Positions 26,699 through 35,228 of a DNA stretch of 64,000 nt are shown piece after piece. Under the pieces are notes generated by a model. The model saw only the letters and a list, made by a program, of their open reading frames with translations. It did no database searches and had not been told where the DNA came from. The DNA lies in NCBI GenBank assembly GCA_016717595.1, contig JADKFE010000001.1, positions 182,445 to 246,444 on the forward strand, read 5' to 3'. The position numbers were made by a program, and so were the translations under genes. Numbering within the stretch: position 1 is the stretch's first letter; each line of letters starts with the position of its first letter. This stretch comes from Deltaproteobacteria bacterium (GTDB lineage: Bacteria > Myxococcota_A > UBA796 > CAJQPC01).

Positions 26699-27601
26699 TT
26701 ATCCGTTGAGCCCGCCCGGCGCCCGGGCCTCGGGCAGGGGCAAGGCGTTGGAGTCGAGCCCCCACTCATCGGCGCCGCCACCTTTGCCTCCTTGGCGCGC
26801 GCGACCCGCGCCGCGCACCTTCAGAAACCGCTCACACCAGCGGCGCAACGACTCGGGGAAGCGCGGCCGCCAGCCTTTGCCCACGCGCTCAACCGCCATC
26901 AGCATCCAGTGCATGTGCAGCGGGTGGCGCTCCACGGGCTCCCCGGCGTAGGGCCCGCTGGTGAAACACAAGACCCCGTCTTTTCCGCGCCCGATCACCC
27001 CGTTCGGCGGGGGCTCCCCCAAGGCGTCCGCCCAGTCCAACAGCCCGTGGAGGTCCGTCGGCGCGTGCTCCCGGCGGGTCATCTCCACAAAACAGCGGCC
27101 GCAGGCCTCAGCGTCGTTCGTGGCGCGGTGGGCGCCCTCTAAGGTGACGCCCAGGCGCTTCGCGAGGTCGCCGAGCTTGTGGGATTGCGCTTGGGGGAAC
27201 ACCTTCATCGACAGATCGACGGTGTCGATCTCGGCGAGGGGATCCGGCCAGGCGCGGCCCAGGCGGCGCAGCTCTTCAGCGATGAAGCCGCGGTCGAAGG
27301 GGAAGTTGTGCGCGATGCAGATCGCCCCGGCGAGCAGGCCCACGAGCTCCGCCGCGCGCTTCTCAAACGGCGGCTGGCCCGAGACCGCGTCGTCGGTGAT
27401 GCCCGTGAGCTGCACGACCTTGGGGGGGATCGGGATGCCGGGGTTGATCAGCCAGTCATGGGCCCGCACGTCACGCACCTGGCCCTCAGCCGTCAAGAAC
27501 AGCTCGACGGCGGCGAACTCCATCACCCGGTCGCCGTCGTAGGGGTTGAGCCCGGTGGTCTCGGTGTCGAAGGCCACGATGCGCAGAGATCGCCAGTCCA
27601 T
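26699..27601 (-). CDS. DnaQ-like 3'-5' exonuclease (DEDDh) with C-terminal extension
   Basis: ExoI 'VAFDTETTGL', ExoII 'IAHNFPFDRGF', ExoIII 'HRATNDAEA'. ATG 27601 is preferred. The upstream part of the track ORF (to 28321) is antisense to folC-like gene 1. Confidence 0.8.
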   Translation of the reverse strand: MDWRSLRIVAFDTETTGLNPYDGDRVMEFAAVELFLTAEGQVRDVRAHDWLINPGIPIPPKVVQLTGITDDAVSGQPPFEKRAAELVGLLAGAICIAHNFPFDRGFIAEELRRLGRAWPDPLAEIDTVDLSMKVFPQAQSHKLGDLAKRLGVTLEGAHRATNDAEACGRCFVEMTRREHAPTDLHGLLDWADALGEPPPNGVIGRGKDGVLCFTSGPYAGEPVERHPLHMHWMLMAVERVGKGWRPRFPESLRRWCERFLKVRGAGRARQGGKGGGADEWGLDSNALPLPEARAPGGLNG

Positions 27602-27643
27602 GAGTCCGGCCTCGGGAGGGCAGACGGGGTAACCTCTGGGGCC

Positions 27644-29318
27644 ATGCCCCGCGAACCCGCCGCCGACCGCACCCACCACCACGCCGCGCTTGAGGCCCTC
27701 GCCGCCTCTCTGCAGGCCGCCTCCGCCGCGCGCCCGCCCGGCGGCCCGCCCATGGCCGAGCGGGTGGACGCGCTCTTGGCCGAGATCGGCGATCCCTGGG
27801 CCAGCGTCGTGGTGAAGGTCGGCGGCACGAACGGCAAAGGCAGCGTCGTGGCGATGCTGCGGGCTTGCTGCCAGCGCGCGGATCTCGCCGTGGCCACCTT
27901 CACCGGGCCGCACCTGAGCCGCCTCACCGAGCGGATCACCCTGGATGGCGCTGAGGTCGGCCCCGAGCCGCTGCGCCGGGCGCTCTTGGAGGCCCAGGCC
28001 GCCGGGGAGGCCGTCGTGGCGCGGCTGGGCCCCGGCGCGCGCCCGAGCTTCTTTGAGCTGCTCTTGGGCGCGGCGGTGATCCTCGCCCGGGCCTGGGGGG
28101 CCGAGGCGCTCCTCGTCGAGGCCGGCATCGGCGGGCGAGGCGACGCCACCTCCCGGCTCTCGGCCCAGGCCGTGGCCCTGGTGAGCGTGGGGGAGGATCA
28201 CCTCGACAAGCTCGGCCCGACGCTCACCCAGGTCGCCGCCGAGAAGGCGGGCCTGGCGCGGCCAGGGGAGGCGCTGATCGTGGGGCCGGGGGTGCCGCCG
28301 GAGCTGCTCACCGTGGTTCACGCCGCCGCGGAGCCGGGGGTGCGGGTGACGCAGGGGTGGGTTCGGCCCCGCGGGGGCGGCCGCGCGTGCGGGGGCCCGG
28401 GCGAACGGCCACGAGGCACAGAGTTATGCACACGGGGTTGGTGGTAAGGTGGGCCATCGCCGCGCAGGTCATCGCGGGAGACCCCAGGCGCCGATACGAA
28501 GGGGGACACCCAAGCACGCCCCCGCTCTCCCCTCCGCTCAAACTTCCACCGGCTCCTCTGTGTTCCTCCCTCTGTGTACTCTGTGCCTCTGTGGTTCGTT
28601 TCCTGGCGCTTCGAGTCGCCCCGACGCTCCTTCGCCGGTGAGCCCCTCGAAGAAGGCTCCACGATGGCACGACCGCATCCACGCGCTCCCCAACCCGAAG
28701 AATCGGCCGAGCCAGAGGCCAGTGGAGAGTGGGGAGACTGCGCCGCTGGTGGCATCAGGCGCCCCCTTCGCCACGGTGGCGCTGCCCGGCTTGGGCCCCG
28801 CGCGCCTGTCCCTCGCTGGGGCGCACCAGGCCGAGAACGCCGCCGTGGTCGCCGCGATCTGGGCCGAGCTTCACCGCCAGGGCCTCGTCCCCCTCGACGC
28901 GCTGCTCGGCGTCACCGAGGCCCGCTGGCCTGGCCGTCTGGAGCTTGTGCCCGGGGCCCCGGCGTGGCTCTTGGACGGCGCGCACAACCCGCCGGGCGTG
29001 GCCGCCTTGGCCCAGGCGCTCCCGGCGTACTGTACGGAGTCCGACCGGGCGCTGCTGGTCGGCGTGAGCGGCGGTCACGAGGCGGCGCTCTTGGCCTTGG
29101 CGGCCATCCCCGGCGAGCTGCACCTCGTCGGCGGCTTCTACCGCGCCGCGCCTGTGGAGACGCAGCTGGCCCTGCTCCCGCCCGGTCGTGTGACGGCGCG
29201 CTGGCCCGACGTGCCCACGGCCCTGGCCGCGCTCTCCACCCGGCGCGACAAGGCGCTCATCGTGGTGGCGGGATCCTTGTTTCTGGTGGGCGCGGCCCGG
29301 GAGGTCTTGGCGCCATGA
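27644..29318 (+). pseudogene. FolC/Mur-ligase-family protein 1 (folylpolyglutamate-synthase-like), split by a non-coding insert
   Basis: N-terminal half: 'VKVGGTNGKGSV', 'VEAGIGGRGDAT', 'GEDHLDKLG', 'EKAGLARPG'. The frame stops at 28447. The C-terminal half resumes in another frame: 'LSLAGAHQAENAA', 'LLDGAHNPPG', 'VVAGSLFLVG'. Confidence 0.7.
28400..28735. other. ~335-bp non-coding insertion inside folC-like gene 1 (possible MITE-like element or structured RNA)
   Basis: All three + frames read as junk or closed here, and the segment has visibly more A/T than the flanks. There is a 12-bp perfect inverted repeat (gaggcacagagt at 28413-28424 and actctgtgcctc at 28578-28589). Four CTCTGTG copies lie at 28556, 28570, 28579 and 28587, plus one inverted CACAGAG at 28417. 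Boundaries are approximate. Confidence 0.5.
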
Positions 29319-30623
29319 CGCCTGTGGAGCGGCTGTTTGAGGGTGACAAACACGGCGCGGGCCCGGGCCTGCACCGGATGAGCGCGCTTCTGGCGCACCC
29401 CGAGCTGTCTGTGCTGAGCACGATCCCCACGGCGCGGGTGACGGGATCCAACGGCAAAGGCTCCACCTGCGCCTTCCTCTCGGAGATCCTGCGCGCCTCG
29501 GGCCGGTCTGTGGCGCGCTTTACGTCGCCGCACATGAACGATCCGCGGGAGCGTTTTTGGCGGGACGGCGCCGACATCTCCGCCGAGGCCCTGGCCGAGA
29601 TCGCCGCCTGGACCCACGAGCAGGTGACTCTGTACGAGGCGCGCTTCCCCGGCGACCGTGTGGGCGCCTTTGAGCGGCAGGTGCTCAGCTTCGCCCGCTG
29701 GGTGGCCCTCGATCCCCCCGACGCCGTCGTGCTGGAGGTCGGCATCGGCGGGCGATTAGACAGCACCCGGGCTTGGCCCTGCGGGCTCGCCGGGCTCACC
29801 TCGGTGGACTTAGAGCACACGGCGCTGTTGGGGCCGACACGTCTGGACATCGCCTTAGAGAAGGCCCAGGCGGCGCCGTCTGGCGGCGTGCTGCTGCTCG
29901 GCGCCTTGCCCGGGGAGCTTCAGCGTCGGGTGATCGGCGCCTGTGAGGTGTGGGGAATTCACGCGGAGCCTGTGACGGAGAGCGCCGTGGTGCGTGAGGC
30001 GCGTCTGGACGGGGATCAGATGACCGCTTGGCTCTCCTTGCCCCAGCACGGCCATAGACCTCGGGCCCCTGCGTCTGGGGCTCTTGGGGCTTCATCAGGC
30101 GGAGAACGCGGCGATGGCGACGGCCTTGGCGCTGCGACTGTGTGGGGTTCGCGGTGAGGAGGCGGCCCGGCGGTTTGAGCCCGCGCTGCGGTCGGGCCTC
30201 GCCGCGGCGTGTTGGCCGGCGCGGCTGGAGCGTGTGGCGGAGGATCCGCCGACGTACCTCGACGCCGCGCACACCCCCGACGCCGCCCGGCGCCTCGCGG
30301 AGAGCCTGCCAGGGCTGCTCCAAGGGCGGGCGCTGGTGCTGGTGGCGGCGTGCTCGGCGGACAAAGACGCGGCGGCGGTGCTCTCGCCCCTCGTGGGGTT
30401 GGCCGAGCTTGTGATCACCACCCGGTCGGCGCGGGGGCAGGGCGCGGAGGCGCTGCGGGGGCTCGTGGTGGGGCTTGGGCGCGAAGGAGGCGCGGGCGGT
30501 GGAGCCCGTGGGCGCGGCGTTGGCGGCGGCGCGGGAGGTGGCGCGGGGGTGCGGCGGCGTGGTGGTGCTGGCGGGGAGCTTGTTCGCGGCGGGGGAGGGG
30601 AGGGTTGCCCGCTCAGGGGGTGA
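29315..30623 (+). pseudogene. FolC/Mur-ligase-family protein 2, frame-broken as sequenced
   Basis: ATGA coupling to gene 1. 'VTGSNGKGST', 'LEVGIGGRLDST', 'VDLEHTALLG'. The frame changes at the C4 run 30041-30044 (to 'AIDLGPLRLGLLGLHQAENAA', 'YLDAAHTPDA') and again around 30440-30478 (to 'VVVLAGSLFAAGEGR'). The 3' end is uncertain. Confidence 0.65.
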
Positions 30624-30689
30624 AGGGGCGGACTGGAGGAAGGTGACGAGGGCTTGGGAGGTGGGGCCTTGGAAGGCGTCGGGGGGAGG

Positions 30690-31482
30690 CCCAATTGTCT
30701 CTTGTCTCGATCAATCGCCACGGAGAGTGGGTCGCCAGGAAAGTAGGGCTGCCCGGCGATGGTCATCTGGGCCTTAAGGCGCTCGGATCGTTTGGTGTAT
30801 GCGGCTGCGTCTGGTGGACAGTGGTTGTTGAGGAGGTCGTCGGCGGCGGTCCAAGCGCCGGGCCATCGTTTGGCGACCTCGGGGGCGAGCACGGCCTCCA
30901 GGGTGCCATTGCCGTGGTCATCGGCGAAGATGAACAGCCCTACGGGCACGTCGCCGTGGCGAATCCAGCCGCCATGGCTCAGCCTGTCGACGTCCGAGAA
31001 CGTGCCTCCGTAGTCGTCGCGGAAGGTCTGCTCACGCGCGGCGATAGACGTGTCGGCATCGAAGACGAAGGCGACGGCGTACTCGGTCACCACGAACATG
31101 CCGTAGCTGTTGGAGAGCGTCGCGCTAAGATTGGACAACAGCTCAACGATCTTCGTCTTCGCGGAATCCGTGCCACAGCGCACAAGAGCACGAGCTGGTC
31201 GCGCGAGGCGTCGCGGAGGGCGCAGATAAACGCCGGAGCAGGCGCATGAGCGGCTTGGCTCAAACGCTCTCCGCCTAGCGCCCTTGTTGAGTAGTGCTGC
31301 ACAATCAGGGACACACCCCGGCCTGGGGCGTTGGGGTGCCTGGGAGTCTGCAACGCTCCAAAAGGCGACGGGAGCTTGTCAATGGGATCATTGATGAACT
31401 CCAGCCCAGCGACGGCACCTAGGCTTCGACGAACAAACACGATGTCATGGTTGCCTTCACAGAAGATGAGCAAGGCTTTCAT
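30690..31482 (-). pseudogene. Toprim-like protein (DUF4435/DUF3226/DUF4276-type, AriB-like), frame-broken as sequenced
   Basis: ATG 31482 overlaps the upstream ATPase stop (ATGA). 'MKALLIFCEGNHDIVFV' (Toprim Glu), then after a frame switch near 31183-31215: 'VAFVFDADTS' (DxD) and 'VGLFIFADDHGNGTLEAVL'. The ORF has no stop until 30095, but the sequence beyond about 30690 is Pro/Ser junk antisense to folC-like gene 2. Confidence 0.6.
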
Positions 31483-33695
31483 TTTGACCACCGAATGTCG
31501 AGATCAACGGCTCTGACGGCCTGGATAAGGCTTGATCCCTGATGTCGTCTCGCCAGGGTCGTCTCGCCGTCCCGCTCCAGACGATACGCCACCACGTCCT
31601 CGATGCGGTATTCGTTGAACAAGAAGGCGTCCACCGTCTCTTTGCTGTGGGTGGTGATGAAGACCTGGACGTTGAACTCGACGGCTAGCTGTTGGATGAG
31701 CTTAGTGAAGTCGATCAGGAGGCTCGTGTGGAGCGCGTTCTCCAACTCATCGATGAGCAGCACGCCGCCCTCCGCGCCCCCGAAGAGCAGTCCGATCTGG
31801 AACGCCCGCTGCAGCCCGTCGCCGAAGGACGACAGATCCGGCGAAGGCACACGCTGGGCGTGGGTCACAGTGAAGCGGTGATCACGGACCAGCTCAACGC
31901 TCTTGAGGTCGACATCTAAAAAGTCGCGCAAGAACTGGAGCACCCGATCCTTGATACCCAGCTTGACGGCCTGCTCGTTCGCGCTGGAGCGTCGTTGGGT
32001 CCGACGCAGAGAACGGCGAGTGGAACAGTGTCGGGCAGATCCAGCGCTGCTCCCCGACGAGGGTCGTGCGCGGCGCGGTGCCAACCACCAGATCGCTCGT
32101 GGAGCGCTGGTGCTTGTTGCCAAACTTAGCCTCGATCTCAAGCACCCCCAAGAAGCCCGCGCGGTTGGTCTCTGGGTCGTCAGGGTCGTCTGTGACGCTC
32201 AGGTGAACGGAGACCTCGTCCTGCGGAGGGTCACCAAATCGGCCTGAGATCATCGCTGGACAAGGCAGTTCGGGCTTGAGCCACTCCATGTCGGTGAGAA
32301 CGTCCCAGCGGGCGCGGCGCCGTAGTGTCTCAAACAACCCACGGGGATCGGACTGGTGGATGAGTAAGCTCACCGCTTCCAAGAAGCTCGTTTTGCCAGC
32401 GTTGTTGTTGCCGACAATGAGGTTGATACGCCCCGGTTGCTCAAGCACCAAGTTCTTGAGCCCCGGTGCGCGCTCGATGTGGAGCGATGTGAGGTGTTTG
32501 CGGCTCACCTCGGTGTACGCGGGCCACGGAGCCGTGAGCTGTTGTGGCGCCTCTCCGCCTCTCCGCTTGGCTAGCAAGCCCTGGAGCACAAGGATCTGCT
32601 CTTGGACCTCATCAGACTGACGGGCGTTTAGCTTTGTAGACAGCCGCTTTACGTTCGTTACCCCATACCGTAGCGTCGCCACAGCATCGTTGCCCGCGTT
32701 AATCAACAAGAGCTCGCTCACGAGCGACGCGGAGGAGAGGCTGCGCGTCCGATTCAGCGCAGAGACCGCTGCGGAGTCCAGAATGATCTTCGCAAGATCC
32801 CGAATCTGCCCACCTGTTGTAATCGCAGGATCAAGCGTTCGGGAGTTGCCGACCGATTGTGGATCTTCGTCGTCATCCTCATCACTGGCCTGCTCTCTGG
32901 AGATCCACGAGAAGAGCTGGCTCAAATGCTCTGTGTTCGTTGCGCGCTCTGCCCAGTCTTCCCATCCAAGCCAGGTACGAATGTCCGGCGCCTTGAGCAC
33001 CTCACGAAGAATGTTGAACTGCTCGGAGCGAAACTGCTCGCCGTAGTCGCTCTTTTGGTAAGCCTCACAGAGCGCGAGCGTGCGCACGCTGAGGTTGAAC
33101 TCGCGCCGTGAGACACCGAGCATCGCGCAGATCTTGTTTGGGTCTTGCTTGTGCTCGTCACGCAGGCTGCGCATCAGCTTGGCTTGGTTGATCGGAGGCC
33201 ATTGACGTTTTCCGCTAATGTGATGCAGCCCCATGATGATCATGTGGTGCATCTTGTCCTGCTCCTCGTAAATCACGCACGGGATCGCCTCAAAGAGCGC
33301 CGGGCTCAGCTTGCCGAGCTGACCCGTCGAGCCCTCATACTGAGCCTGCATGTGCTTGAGGGTGCTGACCCGACGGTTGCCCTCGACGACGAGGTATCGA
33401 TCACCGGACGCCCGCCGAACATGAATCGGCTCCACATCCAGCCAGCCATTCTCTTTGAAGCTCTCAATGTTGGTTGGCTGACGTTCTCAGCCCTGTGGCC
33501 AAGGATGAAAGCGCGGGTGCGGCGCTGCACATCCTCATTAAACTGGTCGGCCTCTTTGACGTCTACATAGTCCACGTGATCAATGAAGCGGAAGTTGTTT
33601 GGATCTAAGTAGAGGCTCTTGAGCGGCAGCAGCAGACGCTCCGCCCTTTCAGCAGCGGGCGGGGTGAGTGTTGGGGGGCGTGGGTCGTCGCTCAT
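31479..33695 (-). pseudogene. ParB/Srx N-terminal domain fused to ABC-type (AAA_15/AAA_21-like, AriA-like) ATPase, frame-broken as sequenced
   Basis: Reconstructed across breaks near 33466-33483 and 31975-32000. ParB-like 'LPLKSLYLDPNNFRF' and 'IHVRRASGDRYLVVEGNRRVSTLKHM'. Walker A 'LIVGNNNAGKTSFLEAV', signature-like 'SSFGDGLQRAF', Walker B 'GVLLIDELENALH', 'ITTHS'. Confidence 0.65.
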
Positions 33696-33747
33696 TCGTA
33701 GCTCCTCATCCGCCGAACCTTAACACACCCGCCGCCCCCCGCGCCCC

Positions 33748-34125
33748 TCACTCCCCCTTGGGCTTCGTGTAGAAGAAGCTCTTCACCAGGGCGGGCTGCT
33801 TGGGGTACAGCAGCGTGAGCCGGGGCTCAGCCTCGTCTAAGTGGTCGCAGGCCTGCTCGAAGGTGACGCGCAGGCGGGCCTTGGCCTCGTTCTCGGCGGC
33901 GTAGAGGGCCTCGCGGTGGGCGCGGGCGGTCTCCAGCGCCGTGAGGCCGTTGTGGAGATCGGCGGTGGGCACGGCGGCGAAGTCGGGCTCGGCGGCGATG
34001 GCGGCCAAGGCGCTGTGCAGAAAGCGGTTTTGTTCCTCGCCGTGGCCGCGCTTGATGGCGTCGGAGGGGTTCTGGGGGAACACCCGGCGGTAGCGGGGAT
34101 CTTGGCGGTCGCGCGCCGCGATCAC
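33748..34125 (-). CDS. hypothetical protein
   Basis: Ordinary composition from 'VIAARDRQDPRYRR...' onward. The track's upstream part (to 34212) is poly-Gly from a G/C-rich run. The start is uncertain. Confidence 0.35.
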   Translation of the reverse strand: MIAARDRQDPRYRRVFPQNPSDAIKRGHGEEQNRFLHSALAAIAAEPDFAAVPTADLHNGLTALETARAHREALYAAENEAKARLRVTFEQACDHLDEAEPRLTLLYPKQPALVKSFFYTKPKGE

Positions 34126-34145
34126 CCCGCCAAGCTGAGCCCCCC

Positions 34146-35138
34146 CTACTGCACCCCCCCCCACCCCTCCGCCGCCGGCGCCACAGGCGGCGGCGCCGCC
34201 GTCCCACGCCACCCCCAGAGCTGGTCAAACAACGCCGCCATCGCCGTGATCGACCCATACTCCCCACCCACGCCGACCTCCAAGATCGGCCCCACAGGCT
34301 CCCCGGGCCCGGCCACGCGGTTCCGCAGCGTCACCTGGGCCTCGCCCGTCCCGGCCTGCCCGCCTTGCTCCGCCCCAGGCCACACCATCCAGGCCTCTAA
34401 GTACGAACGATCGGCGAGGTTCTGCACCTCGGCCACGCTCAGCGAGACGTTCCGGTCTAGGGTCTTGCCCTCACGCTCCAACGTCGCGATGAGCGACAGG
34501 GTGGTGATCACGTCCCCGGCCAGCTCAACGCTCACGCCGGTCATGGCCAGCTCGTGCAGGCCGAGCTTTCGTAGGCCTTGGGTCACCACACGGTCCCCCT
34601 CGGGGCTCCACAACAGCGTGAACTGCTCATAGAGCATGATCTCGGCGCCCAAGGCGTCGATGCGCAGGGCCGACCAGGCCTCGCGGCTGTAGACCTCGCC
34701 CGTGGCCACGTCTTCAGGCACGCCGCCGACGGCCTCGGCGAAGGTGAGCGCCGCGCGGTTCGCCCGCTGGTTCTTCGCCTGGGCGTCGCCCAGGGGGTCG
34801 ATGGCGATGGAGAAGACGACCACCTCGGGCGAGCCGGCGAGCACGGCGCGGTCGGCCTCGGTCAAGGTCTCGCCGTACTCACCCAAGGCCGACGGATCCC
34901 AGCGGCCCCAGGCATCCGCCGGGAGAACTTGCAGGCTGGCCACCGGGCGGGTGGCGGCGCGGCGGGGGAGGCGCCGGACCATCTTGAACTGATCGTCTAA
35001 GGCGGCGCGCAGGGCGTCTACGTCGGCGTCCGGGCACTCGGCGGGGCACCAGATCGCCACCGTGGCTCGGGCGTCGGGGACCACGACGGGCGGGGCGTTC
35101 TGCGTGCTGAGGGTCAGAAGCGCGGAGAGCAGAGACAT
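34146..35138 (-). CDS. hypothetical protein
   Basis: 330-aa ORF with ordinary composition. No motif recognised. Confidence 0.4.
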   Translation of the reverse strand: MSLLSALLTLSTQNAPPVVVPDARATVAIWCPAECPDADVDALRAALDDQFKMVRRLPRRAATRPVASLQVLPADAWGRWDPSALGEYGETLTEADRAVLAGSPEVVVFSIAIDPLGDAQAKNQRANRAALTFAEAVGGVPEDVATGEVYSREAWSALRIDALGAEIMLYEQFTLLWSPEGDRVVTQGLRKLGLHELAMTGVSVELAGDVITTLSLIATLEREGKTLDRNVSLSVAEVQNLADRSYLEAWMVWPGAEQGGQAGTGEAQVTLRNRVAGPGEPVGPILEVGVGGEYGSITAMAALFDQLWGWRGTAAPPPVAPAAEGWGGVQ

Positions 35139-35228
35139 CGGGGCTCCAGGTCGGACACGACAAGATAGCTCGCCAACACCCGGTTATGGGGGCGGTGACG
35201 CGGCCAAAGCGGCCACCCCGGAGCGACC

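Noticed and set aside
28400-28735. The folC-like insert considered as an intein or as a self-splicing intron.
   Set aside because: An intein is rejected because no forward frame stays open with protein-like sequence across the segment. A group II intron is unlikely at about 335 nt. A group I intron cannot be confirmed or excluded by eye, so only 'non-coding insertion' is claimed.
34125-34212. Possible frameshift joining 34146..35138 and 33748..34212 at the C7/C9 runs (34140-34162).
   Set aside because: The overlap region translates as poly-Gly or poly-Pro in both frames. A GTG at 34125 gives a plausible independent start after the upstream stop. There is no motif evidence that the two ORFs are one protein.
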